IMG/VR virus record: IMGVR_UViG_3300021961_000053
Coordinates: 19,216-83,215 of that record
Length of the DNA stretch: 64,000 bases
Direction: 5' to 3' (one strand)
From: a virus
The position numbers and the translations under genes are program-made. Within the stretch, counting starts at the first letter, position 1, and every line of letters starts with the position of its first letter. Below are positions 1 to 9,276 of the stretch, piece after piece. The notes beneath the pieces are model-generated. The model was not told the origin of the DNA. It worked only from the letters and a program-made list of their open reading frames with translations, and ran no database searches.

Positions 1-558
1 ACAGCTGGATATTGCTTGTGGCCTAGTACCACTGCTTGTCCTGGTTTGAATAATTCAAAAAACATGTGTATTGTTTTGGATGTTGATGATGATTGCAACA
101 CTCTCAAAAACAACATTTGTGAAGGGACAACATTTGGCAACATTACGTATGATCCAACATTTACACAATCTTGCGTTTGTACTCTTGAGATTCTTGGTGA
201 ATGTCCTGGTGCATTAAATGGTGGAGATCTAGCTCTCCCACAAAATACATCTCAGTTGGTTAACTATGATGATCCAAACATGCCAGTCAGTAGTTTAGAT
301 GAATCCTATTCTACTGGATATGCTGCTGTAAGTAATTACACAATGCTTACTGGATTCAAGGGGGATGATGCTATTCATAAACATACGTTGAATTTCAGTG
401 CAGACGAACCTCATACTTATGTTATGAAGACTAGAGCTGGCACCGCATCTGCTTCAGCTGGACTGGTTTCTAAGATAACAATACAAAAAAACAACGAACC
501 AAAGGCGGATAAATACATTCAACCATACATTGTCACCGAATATTTAATTAAGATATAA
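1..558 (+). CDS. C-terminal part of tail fibre/baseplate-associated virion protein (5'-truncated by window)
   Basis: Frame is open from base 1. Cys-rich segment and C-terminal QPYIVTEYLIKI ending typical of collar-type short tail fibres. Stop abuts the next ATG. Confidence 0.75.
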   Translation, partial: TAGYCLWPSTTACPGLNNSKNMCIVLDVDDDCNTLKNNICEGTTFGNITYDPTFTQSCVCTLEILGECPGALNGGDLALPQNTSQLVNYDDPNMPVSSLDESYSTGYAAVSNYTMLTGFKGDDAIHKHTLNFSADEPHTYVMKTRAGTASASAGLVSKITIQKNNEPKADKYIQPYIVTEYLIKI

Positions 559-3500
559 ATGGCAAGTTATAGACCTACGTTTGAGAACTTTTATTCGGAT
601 AAAGGTGGTTTCTATTCAACAATAGGAGCTATTATGCCCGTATTGGTGAATAGTTATACTGACAGTGCTAATACTGACACTGGTGGCAATCCAGAGCATT
701 ATGCTCATAGGGGATTCTTATATTGTGATGGATCGGAATATTTTATTAGAGATTATCCTCTATTGTACAGAGTCGTTGGCAATAACTATGTTAAGTCAGC
801 AGACAAAGTAAATAATAATTCTCATTTTTTTCAAAGTGCTGGTGAAGATGGCACTATATACAGAACTTTTGTTGATAGTGGAAACTTGTATGCTGAGATA
901 TACAAGTATGATCATACATTTGATGACTCTACCGTTGTTAAATACAGATCAACTCCAAATGGCGCAACCTTAAGGTTTGTTGGCAGTTTGGGATCTTTTC
1001 CAGACGGTGGTATATTTTCAGCTGATGTTGATTATCTTCTAGAATACAGTGATACTTATCAAAACCTAGCACAAGACAGTAATACAACAGTTCATAGATT
1101 TATAGTAGATGGTGCTACTATATCTACACCTGTTGTCTGGTCAGTAAATATGCCAGACCTTGTTCTAAATTTTGAGGGAGATCTTGTTCTTCCTATTCAA
1201 CACTTTGGAACTGTTCCACCATTTGAACAAGATCCAGCAACTGGACAATATTCAACTTCTTCAACTGGATATGACAGTTATGTGTTGGATGGAGCATTAA
1301 ATACAAGCCCAGCAGTTTCTTGGGGATCTCCATCTGGACTTCCTGATGGAGTTGTTGTGGATGAATATGAAATTTACTTAGAGAACCTTTCTTTAGAAAA
1401 TTTTGTTTGTTGGCATCTTTCCAATATTCCAGCAACAACAACATTTTTGACTCCAAATGCCGAACCACCAAATGGTTCTACAGTTCAAACAAATAATGCC
1501 AATTCAGTCCTGCAGAATGCTGATGGCACAAAACCTTGGATAAGAAGTAATGGTTATTCTGGACCACAACCAGAAAAAGGTGATACAAACATTTATAAGA
1601 TGAATATAATTGCATATCTATCTAATGGACAGACGTTAGTTGTATCAAAAGAATTTATTGCTGGGAATGGACCTATTATTCCAGTCTATCCAGGTGGATC
1701 TGCATATACAGATAATCTTATTATTGGTGGATCTCAAAGTTCTATAAATGGTAGTGCTTTTAATATTTTATGGTCAACTCTTGCTACTCATCCGTCTGTA
1801 AGAATAAGGAAGGCATTCAGTTTAGCTGATTCTCCTTATCAATTAGGAAAATTTAGAGTTCCCGATTATCGTGATAGAAAATTAATCGGATATGGAGAAG
1901 GAGTTGATGGAACAGGAACTCCATTGGTTGAAGATAGAGTTAGTATTAAAGTTGGCGATATTGGTGGAAAGTGGTTTATTCCAACTAGTGCAATCAAAGA
2001 TCCACTTGAATTCTTTTCTATTAGTGATGTATCTACAACTGGTTATAAAGATGTCCAAACACAAATTCAAGCATATCTTACTGGATCAAAGAAATATGTG
2101 GTTGGACCAATTGATGATTATATTTTTTCAAAACCACCAAGTCATCAGCACCAACTTTTAACTTCAAGAGTAAATGAAAGTAATGAGGTTAGTCTTGCAG
2201 GTGTAGATACATTTGCTGTTCAATATCTAGAAAGTAAGGGAACCATATTGGATTTTACTCCTGGTGGAGAATTTACTGATGATTCGCCTTTCGGACATTC
2301 GCATGGATTGCTGGGAAGTAAGCCAATCAACAAAGTTATGGCTACCTATGGCAACATAGATGGTATTGGTGAAAAATACGACGAGGGTGGTGGATGTTTC
2401 AGTTATGGAGTTACAGAATCTCCACCACTATTAACTACTGGTGTTAGTAGCGATGGTACATATATTACAGTTGTTACTTCCAATTCGCATGGATTATCGG
2501 CAAATGATTGGGTTACTATCACTAATGCTGGCAGTTTAAATGGAAGTTATAAAATCATAGCAACTGGAATAACATCTACCAGTTTCAATCTTCAACCAAG
2601 TCCTGCACCAGCAGTAACAACCGAAAATTCTGCTGTTGTAAAGCAAGCTAGTGGAATTTTCGAAGAAGTGACAAGCACACCAGATCCAGATTGCTGGGTT
2701 GTCAATAACAACACTGTTATTGGTGGGAAAGAAACAATTGCAATTCCCGCAGGCAATTATAAACTTGCTTATGATAGCGCACTTACATCATCGGGCAGTC
2801 TTCTTAAGACTGCTGCTGATGGTGGAGCAAATGTATTGAGATATAGAATTGACATGTTCGCCCCTGGTGGCGGCGGTGGTGGAACATCTGGTAATGGCGG
2901 AAATGCTGGAACTGCGTCAGTAACTTTTACCGTCAGTGGAGTGCAATATACAGTTACTGCTAGTGGTGGAACTGGAGGAACAGCAGGGACATCTGGAGGA
3001 ACTGGTGGAAGTGGAGGTACTGTTACTATTCCAACAGCTTTAGTTAGCGAACCTAAAGTTGATATATCTTCTACTACTGAGAATGTAAATGGTACTACTG
3101 GAGGACAGGCAAATGGTGCTACTCCTAATGGTGGATTGCTAAATGGTGGTCCAGATGCAGTAGCTGGAAATGGTGGAAAGGGTGGATATACTACAACATT
3201 GATAACTGGTAGTTTCAGTCAAACTTTTACTGCAGCTGGAGATTATGATGCGACAACAGATTCTAATTTACCAACAATTAGCGGAACTACTGCAACTGTT
3301 GATAGCGTATCAATTGACATTTCTGGTGGAGCAGGTGGAAATGGAAATAGCGATGGACAGGCTGGATGTAGTACAACTGGTGGTAATGGATCTGCAGGAC
3401 GAAGAGTTACCGCAACTACGACTTCTATCAAGTCCTTTAGTTTCGAAATTGGTACAAAGGGTGGAGATGGATTTAACAATGTTGGCGGCAATAGTTACGA

Positions 3501-5076
3501 AGCAACCAACACTGCCGTAGGAACTGGTTCTGCAAATGGTGGAAATGGAGGACAAGGTGCATGGGCTAATGCTGGAACTGGTGGTGCTGGTGGCGGTGCC
3601 ACTGGTGTTTCTGGCAGTGTTGGATATATTCTCGGTGCTGGCGGCGGTGGCGGTGGCGGTGGATCTGGTGGTAATGCATCTCAGGGAGATGGGTGTTCTT
3701 ACGGAAACAATGGTAAAGGTCCAGAGGGTGGTATAGTAGGAACTACTTCTATTGGTCCTTACACTGGTGGTGCTGGTGGAACAACTGGATGCACAGGCGG
3801 CGGCGGAGGCGGCGGCGGTGGGGGATTCTACATCTCTGGTTCTGGCGGTGGTGCTGGTACTGCTGATGGCGGTGCTGCAGGTGTTGCTCACCCACAGTAT
3901 GGAACTACTGGTGGCGGCGGTGGTGGTTATGCTGGATATTCTGCATACAATTCAAATTATTTTTCTTCTGCCACTGAAAGTGATGGATCTACTGGTAATG
4001 GATATGCCAAATTTACAGTAAATTATTCTGGCACACAAACCAATCCATCTGGTGGAGGCGGTGGCGGTGGTGCCGCAGCAACTATTATTATTAGTGGAAC
4101 TCTTGATGATCTGGGTCAATTTGCAACAGCAATTAGCGCAACCTTGGGTGGTCCTGGTAGTGCTGGTTCTGGAAATGGACTTGGGGGAAGTAATGGATAC
4201 ATCAGAGTTAGAGCATTTTATATCGAACAGGGAGATGCTCAAGTAGTTGATATTTCAACTCCTGGTGGTAGAGTGTGGGAAACTGCTGGATTCCCAACTA
4301 ATAAACCATCTGGATCTGGAGCTGCTGTTGGCGGAGCCATATGGCATTCATCCAGTACAGGAGTAAATGTTAAGCAATCATCTACAGGAACATTTCCTGT
4401 TGCTACTACATTAACTGGTGGTGTTTCTGATAGATACATTGAATTTGCTGGTTCTGGTAGTCGTTTTCTCCAAATTGGACCATTGAATCTGAGTGCTGCA
4501 GAACAAATAGTTTTTACAGTGATTAAAGGAAATGGAAGCAACGGTGGCGATTCACCAGAAGAGCCATTGGATTTGTATTATAAAACTTCTGTAGATTCCC
4601 CAACAGAAACTCTATTACAGTCCATTGCAACTGCTACTGTAACTGCCAGTGGATATGCTGACTACACAATTGATGTTGATGATTCGTCTCCAATAAAATT
4701 TAATGGTGTATATCTAGTCATAAGACAAACTAGAGGATCAACTTCTGGTGATAATTCTGCTGTTAATGAATCGCAATTGGATAATTGGGGACTGGGTATG
4801 TTCTCTGTTATTTACGGGGAGGTTACACAAACCGTATTTACTCCATCACTAAACGCAACAATCCCTGGAAATGAAGGAACATGTGGTCCTGACAGCGGAA
4901 TTGATGTTATTCGTAGAACTGTTCCAGCAAATAAAACTAACATTACATTTACTGATGGAACTTTCCAGTTATCGACATCCACTCCAATTTCTATAACGTC
5001 ATCTGCATATGTTGTAGATACTATTCCACTGATCACCAAATATCATAGATCAAAATATTTGATTAAAGCATTCTAA
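559..5076 (+). CDS. Tail fibre/baseplate protein with split tail-collar domain, PEBP-like insert, Gly-rich region and C-terminal beta-sandwich
   Basis: Collar motifs GFLYCDGSEY..DYPLLYRVVGNNY and GKFRVPDYRDRKLIG; HxH motifs (SHQHQL, GHSHGL); long GGxGG region; ends SKYLIKAF. Confidence 0.8.
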   Translation: MASYRPTFENFYSDKGGFYSTIGAIMPVLVNSYTDSANTDTGGNPEHYAHRGFLYCDGSEYFIRDYPLLYRVVGNNYVKSADKVNNNSHFFQSAGEDGTIYRTFVDSGNLYAEIYKYDHTFDDSTVVKYRSTPNGATLRFVGSLGSFPDGGIFSADVDYLLEYSDTYQNLAQDSNTTVHRFIVDGATISTPVVWSVNMPDLVLNFEGDLVLPIQHFGTVPPFEQDPATGQYSTSSTGYDSYVLDGALNTSPAVSWGSPSGLPDGVVVDEYEIYLENLSLENFVCWHLSNIPATTTFLTPNAEPPNGSTVQTNNANSVLQNADGTKPWIRSNGYSGPQPEKGDTNIYKMNIIAYLSNGQTLVVSKEFIAGNGPIIPVYPGGSAYTDNLIIGGSQSSINGSAFNILWSTLATHPSVRIRKAFSLADSPYQLGKFRVPDYRDRKLIGYGEGVDGTGTPLVEDRVSIKVGDIGGKWFIPTSAIKDPLEFFSISDVSTTGYKDVQTQIQAYLTGSKKYVVGPIDDYIFSKPPSHQHQLLTSRVNESNEVSLAGVDTFAVQYLESKGTILDFTPGGEFTDDSPFGHSHGLLGSKPINKVMATYGNIDGIGEKYDEGGGCFSYGVTESPPLLTTGVSSDGTYITVVTSNSHGLSANDWVTITNAGSLNGSYKIIATGITSTSFNLQPSPAPAVTTENSAVVKQASGIFEEVTSTPDPDCWVVNNNTVIGGKETIAIPAGNYKLAYDSALTSSGSLLKTAADGGANVLRYRIDMFAPGGGGGGTSGNGGNAGTASVTFTVSGVQYTVTASGGTGGTAGTSGGTGGSGGTVTIPTALVSEPKVDISSTTENVNGTTGGQANGATPNGGLLNGGPDAVAGNGGKGGYTTTLITGSFSQTFTAAGDYDATTDSNLPTISGTTATVDSVSIDISGGAGGNGNSDGQAGCSTTGGNGSAGRRVTATTTSIKSFSFEIGTKGGDGFNNVGGNSYEATNTAVGTGSANGGNGGQGAWANAGTGGAGGGATGVSGSVGYILGAGGGGGGGGSGGNASQGDGCSYGNNGKGPEGGIVGTTSIGPYTGGAGGTTGCTGGGGGGGGGGFYISGSGGGAGTADGGAAGVAHPQYGTTGGGGGGYAGYSAYNSNYFSSATESDGSTGNGYAKFTVNYSGTQTNPSGGGGGGGAAATIIISGTLDDLGQFATAISATLGGPGSAGSGNGLGGSNGYIRVRAFYIEQGDAQVVDISTPGGRVWETAGFPTNKPSGSGAAVGGAIWHSSSTGVNVKQSSTGTFPVATTLTGGVSDRYIEFAGSGSRFLQIGPLNLSAAEQIVFTVIKGNGSNGGDSPEEPLDLYYKTSVDSPTETLLQSIATATVTASGYADYTIDVDDSSPIKFNGVYLVIRQTRGSTSGDNSAVNESQLDNWGLGMFSVIYGEVTQTVFTPSLNATIPGNEGTCGPDSGIDVIRRTVPANKTNITFTDGTFQLSTSTPISITSSAYVVDTIPLITKYHRSKYLIKAF

Positions 5077-5077
5077 A

Positions 5078-5084
5078 ATAAATA
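5078..5084 (+). promoter_or_regulatory. T4-type late promoter (ATAAATA)
   Basis: Matches the gp55-dependent TATAAATA-like consensus, in a short intergenic gap 21 nt before the 5106 ATG. Confidence 0.55.
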
Positions 5085-5105
5085 AGTCATACCATAAAGA
5101 GCGTC

Positions 5106-6038
5106 ATGGCAACCAGAGTATCCAGTAACGTCGAATTTTATATGAACACCATTGAACGTGTCATGCAATATAAAGGCGTTCAAAAACAAATTAACGATGA
5201 TTATTGGGAGTCTTCTATTGCCCCACTTCTCTACCCATTTTGGGATAATCCCAAAGACAGACTAGAGTTGTTTGTATACAACAAAGATGATTCTTTCGTT
5301 GTCACCAGAAGTAAATACAAGAGAGATTGGAAAACAAATACTTCAACTTGGGTTTCTTATTCGTTTGACCCAACAGCAGCAGAACCATCCTCTGTTTCAA
5401 ATTTTAAGAATCAATTAGTTGAAAAATTTATTGAGTTTAAAGATCTTTCAGACAAGACATACGAAGACTTTATCACTCAAGAGTATTCCAGAACAAATAG
5501 TTTGACATGGAAGAAGATTCAGTTGGTCAGGAAGTTTCTACTCCAAGATTCTGATTTCATTTTCAATCAAGATTATGAAATCAGTGATGAGAAAAAAGCG
5601 TTGTGGAAACAATATAGAACTTATATTAGAGACATTCCAGAAATTCAAAAGGGAACAGAAACTCCATTTGACGTTGTGTTTCCTATCACTCCCGATGAAT
5701 ATTTGAAGAGAAAGGAATTGTATATCGAACCACTAGTTGCTGAGATGGTTGGAGATCAGGGAATCAATGATGATTATTTGACCAGTTCTTATCATTTCTG
5801 GAAACTGAGTGCCCCAAATCTTGCCATGTTTGCACAAAGGTTTAGTTTCTACATTGCTGCTAGGGCAATAACTTCTGATCTTGAACCAAACTATCGCATC
5901 ATGGTAAGTAATTTCATCACTAAATTTACTGCAAACCCAGAAGTTCAGGCTTCAAGAATTAATTCTGAAAATTCTGGTCTTGCAACTGATAGTTTTATTG
6001 ATGATCTGTTAAATAAAATTGAACTTGGAGAGTTGTAA
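5106..6038 (+). CDS. Protein with phage tail-fibre assembly chaperone-like domain
   Basis: Motif VRKFLLQDSDF..QDY..WKQYRTYIRDIP resembles the R..LL..SDW..D..W..YR..LRDIP chaperone signature; follows the fibre gene. Confidence 0.65.
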   Translation: MATRVSSNVEFYMNTIERVMQYKGVQKQINDDYWESSIAPLLYPFWDNPKDRLELFVYNKDDSFVVTRSKYKRDWKTNTSTWVSYSFDPTAAEPSSVSNFKNQLVEKFIEFKDLSDKTYEDFITQEYSRTNSLTWKKIQLVRKFLLQDSDFIFNQDYEISDEKKALWKQYRTYIRDIPEIQKGTETPFDVVFPITPDEYLKRKELYIEPLVAEMVGDQGINDDYLTSSYHFWKLSAPNLAMFAQRFSFYIAARAITSDLEPNYRIMVSNFITKFTANPEVQASRINSENSGLATDSFIDDLLNKIELGEL

Positions 6039-6412
6039 TGCTAATCTCAATGGAACCAAAGCGACTGTATGATATAGTTGCTTCACATGCAAAATCAACT
6101 GGTAAATATGTTCTAGTTGTTAATTATGAAAATATATTCTTTCATACTGAAGAACAGAAAGCATCCCTGAAGGAATTCTATTCGGATGCAATTCCTGAAG
6201 AAGAAATAGATGAGATTTTTGGATCTCAATATAATTTCTATGAGTTCAATGCACAATCATCTGCTGTTGAAACAGCTACGGATTGGTTTCCAAGAACCAT
6301 CGATCTGGATGACATGACATATTTTGTTGAGTGTTATGTCATAACCCCATCTGGTGGAATTCCTCACACAAATAAAGTAACAGCAAGACCATTGACAGAA
6401 TCGGAAGAGTGA
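6038..6412 (+). CDS. Hypothetical cyanophage protein (124 aa)
   Basis: TAATG coupling to upstream gene; phage-like codon usage. Confidence 0.7.
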   Translation: MLISMEPKRLYDIVASHAKSTGKYVLVVNYENIFFHTEEQKASLKEFYSDAIPEEEIDEIFGSQYNFYEFNAQSSAVETATDWFPRTIDLDDMTYFVECYVITPSGGIPHTNKVTARPLTESEE

Positions 6413-6420
6413 TCTATACT
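6392..6420 (+). promoter_or_regulatory. Sigma70-type promoter TTGACA-N17-TATACT
   Basis: TTGACA at 6392-6397 and TATACT at 6415-6420, upstream of the 6445 ORF. Confidence 0.7.
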
Positions 6421-6444
6421 TGATTCTCTGTTTCCAAATAGCGA

Positions 6445-6672
6445 ATGAAAGTTCCCACTCAACCTGAGTTGATTCATCTTCAGTTGCAGGCTATGCTGCG
6501 AGATCATAATATTCCAGAGACTGAAGTAAAGTATCTTGGTGATCGTGAATATACTATTGAGTATCAAGCACATCCAGAGTATCATGGTAAAATCATGCCG
6601 TGGTATTTGATTGCAAATGAACATGAAGTGCCCGTGTGCGACATCGCATCAATTGATGCAGTGGACAATTGA
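6445..6672 (+). CDS. Hypothetical protein (75 aa)
   Basis: ORF follows a consensus promoter. Confidence 0.7.
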   Translation: MKVPTQPELIHLQLQAMLRDHNIPETEVKYLGDREYTIEYQAHPEYHGKIMPWYLIANEHEVPVCDIASIDAVDN

Positions 6673-6719
6673 AGAACTGTCACAGGGGGTCTTCGACCCC
6701 CTTTCTCATGCCCTATACT
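6662..6719 (+). promoter_or_regulatory. Palindrome/stem-loop/-10 early promoter unit, copy 1
   Basis: TGGACAA-TTGAAGAA-CTGTCAC (6662-6683), hairpin GGGGGTC-TTC-GACCCCC, TATACT at 6714-6719. Confidence 0.75.
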
Positions 6720-6741
6720 ATTCTCATCAACGACGCACCGC

Positions 6742-7992
6742 ATGACCCTGACTCTTCGCCCTCACCAGCAGCGTATGCTCGATGCTCTGCTGACTGCTGC
6801 TAAGGGTCGCCTGACCTGCCCTACAGGCGGCGGCAAGACCCTTGTGATGATCCTTGACACCCTGCGTCGCCTGCAGCAGGCAGACCGCCCCCAGACCATT
6901 GTAGTGGTCTCTCCTCGCATCCTGCTCTCTGTGCAACTCTTTGAAGAGTTCTTTGCTGAGCTGAATGGCAAGGTTGATGTTGCTACCCTCCACGTTCATA
7001 GTGGTGAGGTTGAAGGCAACAGCACCACCAAGATCGGTGAGATTGCTTGCCATGCTGCTGTGTGTAAGACTGCTGGCATTCACCAACTGATCTTCACCAC
7101 CTACAATTCTCTGCGTCGCATCAACGAGGCAGGTATTGATGTGGATACCATCTATTATGATGAAGCACACAACTCTGTCCGCCGTGACTTCTTCAAAGAA
7201 GTTGCTGCTGCTACTCTGACTGCTAAGCAAGCATACTATCTGACTGCCACTCCTAAGTATCGTGGTGGTGCTATCAGCATGAACAACACTGATGTGTATG
7301 GTTCTGAACTGATCAATGTCCCTGCTCCCGAGCTGATTGCTAACGGTAGCATCATTCCTCCCACCGTTCAACCTCACGTTGTTGATTTTGAGCGCAACAA
7401 GTCTCTGCTTGCTGCTGAGAACGACCGTGAAGTGCTGGTAGATATCATCAACAAACTTGATAATGATGCTGCCCAGAAAATCCTGGTTGCTGCTCCTAAC
7501 ACTCGTGTGCTGTGGGCATTGCTGTCTCAAACCAATGTGATGGCAGAGTTTGCTGCTAAAGGTTATGACGTGCTGCATATTACCAGCAAGTACGGTGCTT
7601 ATGTCAATAAGAAGAAAGTTGGTCGTCAAGAGTTCTTTGACACTCTTGATGCATGGGGTAAAGATCCTAGCCGCAAGTTCATCATGTTCCACTACAGCAT
7701 TCTGTCTGAAGGCATCAACGTGCCTGGTCTGACCCATACCATTCTCCTTCGCAATCTTCCTGTGATTGAGATGGCACAGACCATCGGACGTGTGATCCGT
7801 CTTGACCGCCAGGATGCTGCTGATATTGCCTCTGGCAAGATCCCTGCTGGCAAACTTGACTTCTACCGCAAGAAGACTGGTTTCGTGACTGTACCTGTCT
7901 TCACCAACTATGGCAAGCAGACTGAGAAGCGCCTGCAGCGCGTTGTGGATGCCATCTTTGTCAAAGGTGTTGCTGCCACTGAGTTTGCCTAA
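6742..7992 (+). CDS. Superfamily 2 DEAH-box helicase (type III Res/UvsW-like, no nuclease domain)
   Basis: Q-motif LRPHQ, Walker A CPTGGGKT, Walker B YYDEAH, motif III TATP, motif V LSEGINVP, motif VI QTIGRVIR. Confidence 0.92.
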   Translation: MTLTLRPHQQRMLDALLTAAKGRLTCPTGGGKTLVMILDTLRRLQQADRPQTIVVVSPRILLSVQLFEEFFAELNGKVDVATLHVHSGEVEGNSTTKIGEIACHAAVCKTAGIHQLIFTTYNSLRRINEAGIDVDTIYYDEAHNSVRRDFFKEVAAATLTAKQAYYLTATPKYRGGAISMNNTDVYGSELINVPAPELIANGSIIPPTVQPHVVDFERNKSLLAAENDREVLVDIINKLDNDAAQKILVAAPNTRVLWALLSQTNVMAEFAAKGYDVLHITSKYGAYVNKKKVGRQEFFDTLDAWGKDPSRKFIMFHYSILSEGINVPGLTHTILLRNLPVIEMAQTIGRVIRLDRQDAADIASGKIPAGKLDFYRKKTGFVTVPVFTNYGKQTEKRLQRVVDAIFVKGVAATEFA

Positions 7993-8006
7993 AGGTTAAG
8001 AATGTA

Positions 8007-8028
8007 TGAGGGAATGCGGATTCCCTCA
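8007..8028 (+). terminator. Stem-loop after helicase, possible terminator
   Basis: TGAGGGAAT-GCGG-ATTCCCTCA 9-bp stem with only a weak U tract. Confidence 0.45.
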
Positions 8029-8066
8029 CATTTACATCTAAAATACTACTACTATGCTACACTAAC

Positions 8067-8249
8067 ATGGATCAAGTAAAGCACGACAAACGCCGTGATG
8101 CTCTCGGTTTATTCTACGAGAGCGTTTTGAAACCAGATCCTGAGCTGCGCCAGTGCGCCCACAATCAAGAATGTTTCCATGAATTGATGGAGTGGCGCTC
8201 TGAAGTGCTAGAATATCTTGACAACCGCCGTAACGAGGAATTTCACTGA
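8067..8249 (+). CDS. Hypothetical protein (60 aa)
   Basis: ORF coupled (TGATG) to the next gene. Confidence 0.7.
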   Translation: MDQVKHDKRRDALGLFYESVLKPDPELRQCAHNQECFHELMEWRSEVLEYLDNRRNEEFH

Positions 8250-8539
8250 TGACTATTGAAGGACGCCCTGAATTGAACGTTGATTGGAAAGAACAGTATG
8301 CTAAGCAGCGTCGCAATCGCCTAGCAGACAGCATCAACGAGTATCTTGAGGATGATGAGGTGACTATTGATGAATTCTATAACGATCTGAAGGCAGAGAT
8401 TGAGGAGATTATCACTTATCATAAAAAGCGCAAGGAAAATGCCGAGGGTGCCCTCCAGTTGGTCCTCGGACATCGCAGCGTCACTTTTGACGAAGATCTA
8501 AGCCAGAAGTGGAAAATGGACATTCCTGGACGTTACTGA
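8249..8539 (+). CDS. Hypothetical protein (96 aa)
   Basis: Coupled stop/start at both ends. Confidence 0.7.
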   Translation: MTIEGRPELNVDWKEQYAKQRRNRLADSINEYLEDDEVTIDEFYNDLKAEIEEIITYHKKRKENAEGALQLVLGHRSVTFDEDLSQKWKMDIPGRY

Positions 8540-8784
8540 TGAATGAGAAAGCACGTTTGCTGCTAGCACTGCAGCAAATAAATAACATCACCAAACTTAT
8601 CCAAGACAATCAGTACAAAGATTACATGTACCAGAATCTTGTGAAGGTTGAGGTAGAACTACAACGCCAACTCACAAACATTACTTATCATGAGCGAAGA
8701 AGATTTCAAGACAGCGGTGCAAAACATGCTGATGATGCAGAACAACAACGATCACAACTTCCAGATCTTACAGGCACAAATTGA
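8539..8784 (+). CDS. Hypothetical helical protein (MNEKARLLLAL...)
   Basis: Start reassigned to the TGATG-coupled ATG at 8539; 3' end overlaps the next ORF by 95 nt. Confidence 0.6.
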   Translation: MNEKARLLLALQQINNITKLIQDNQYKDYMYQNLVKVEVELQRQLTNITYHERRRFQDSGAKHADDAEQQRSQLPDLTGTN

Positions 8785-8890
8785 CAATCTGCAAAAGCAA
8801 CTGACTGAACTGAATGATCTGAAAGAAATGTTCCGTCTCCCTAAACCAGAGAATCAAAACCGCGAAGCATTTACCCAGATTGACGAATGA
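8690..8890 (+). CDS. Small coiled-coil hypothetical protein
   Basis: Heptad pattern LQAQIDNLQKQLTEL; ATGA coupling to 8887. Confidence 0.65.
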   Translation: MSEEDFKTAVQNMLMMQNNNDHNFQILQAQIDNLQKQLTELNDLKEMFRLPKPENQNREAFTQIDE

Positions 8891-9156
8891 AATTCCAGTA
8901 TGGTATGATGGTTGAGTACCGCCACACTCGTGGTTGGGTCAATTTTATTGACGATCAGTACATTACCATCTGTTATGTCGATAGACCAGATCGATCTTCG
9001 CATACTGGTCGTTATCAAGCAAACCTTGTCGTTTTTCGTAATTATTGGCATGAAGTACGCAGTTGTGTGGATGAAACAAAAGAAGAACAAGCAGACGAAA
9101 CAACAAGCTATTTTCTACAATCTAGAGGATGCGATTATGTGGGAGCAGCACATTAA
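8887..9156 (+). CDS. Hypothetical protein (SH3-like N-terminus possible)
   Basis: ATGA coupling; F..G..V.Y....G.V.FI pattern. Confidence 0.6.
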   Translation: MKFQYGMMVEYRHTRGWVNFIDDQYITICYVDRPDRSSHTGRYQANLVVFRNYWHEVRSCVDETKEEQADETTSYFLQSRGCDYVGAAH

Positions 9157-9208
9157 CATGACTGAACACGCAAAGACAGAGTTGCACCCAATCTGGGGTG
9201 ACAGTTGA
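9050..9208 (+). CDS. Hypothetical protein (52 aa, MKYAVVWMKQKK...)
   Basis: Internal ATG of the 8912 ORF gives a plausible compact protein; overlaps the 8887 ORF by 107 nt. Confidence 0.55.
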   Translation: MKYAVVWMKQKKNKQTKQQAIFYNLEDAIMWEQHINMTEHAKTELHPIWGDS

Positions 9209-9254
9209 AGAACTGGTTGGGGCGCTTGACACCGCCCCTTTTTCATGCCATAAT
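9198..9254 (+). promoter_or_regulatory. Palindrome early promoter unit, copy 2, with full -35
   Basis: GTGACAG-TTGAAGAA-CTGGTTG (9198-9219), TTGACA at 9226-9231, 17-nt spacer, TG-extended CATAAT at 9249-9254. Confidence 0.75.
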
Positions 9255-9276
9255 ATCAGTATCAAAACAACACATC

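Noticed and set aside
3243-4541. Many alternative-frame and antisense ORFs within Gly-rich and other structural genes
   Set aside because: By-products of GGT/GGA/ACT codon repetition, giving low-complexity translations.
6727-7737. 336-aa minus-strand ORF (and 21141-21770, 13845-14351, 15811-16194)
   Set aside because: These are antisense shadows of + strand genes with biased codon usage; they have no motifs, RBS or promoter.
9205-9276. Upstream starts given by the ORF track (9205, 13944, 21079, 21913, 22597, 15742, 23775, 63566)
   Set aside because: These extensions run through promoter elements or upstream genes; downstream starts fit the promoter and RBS geometry better.
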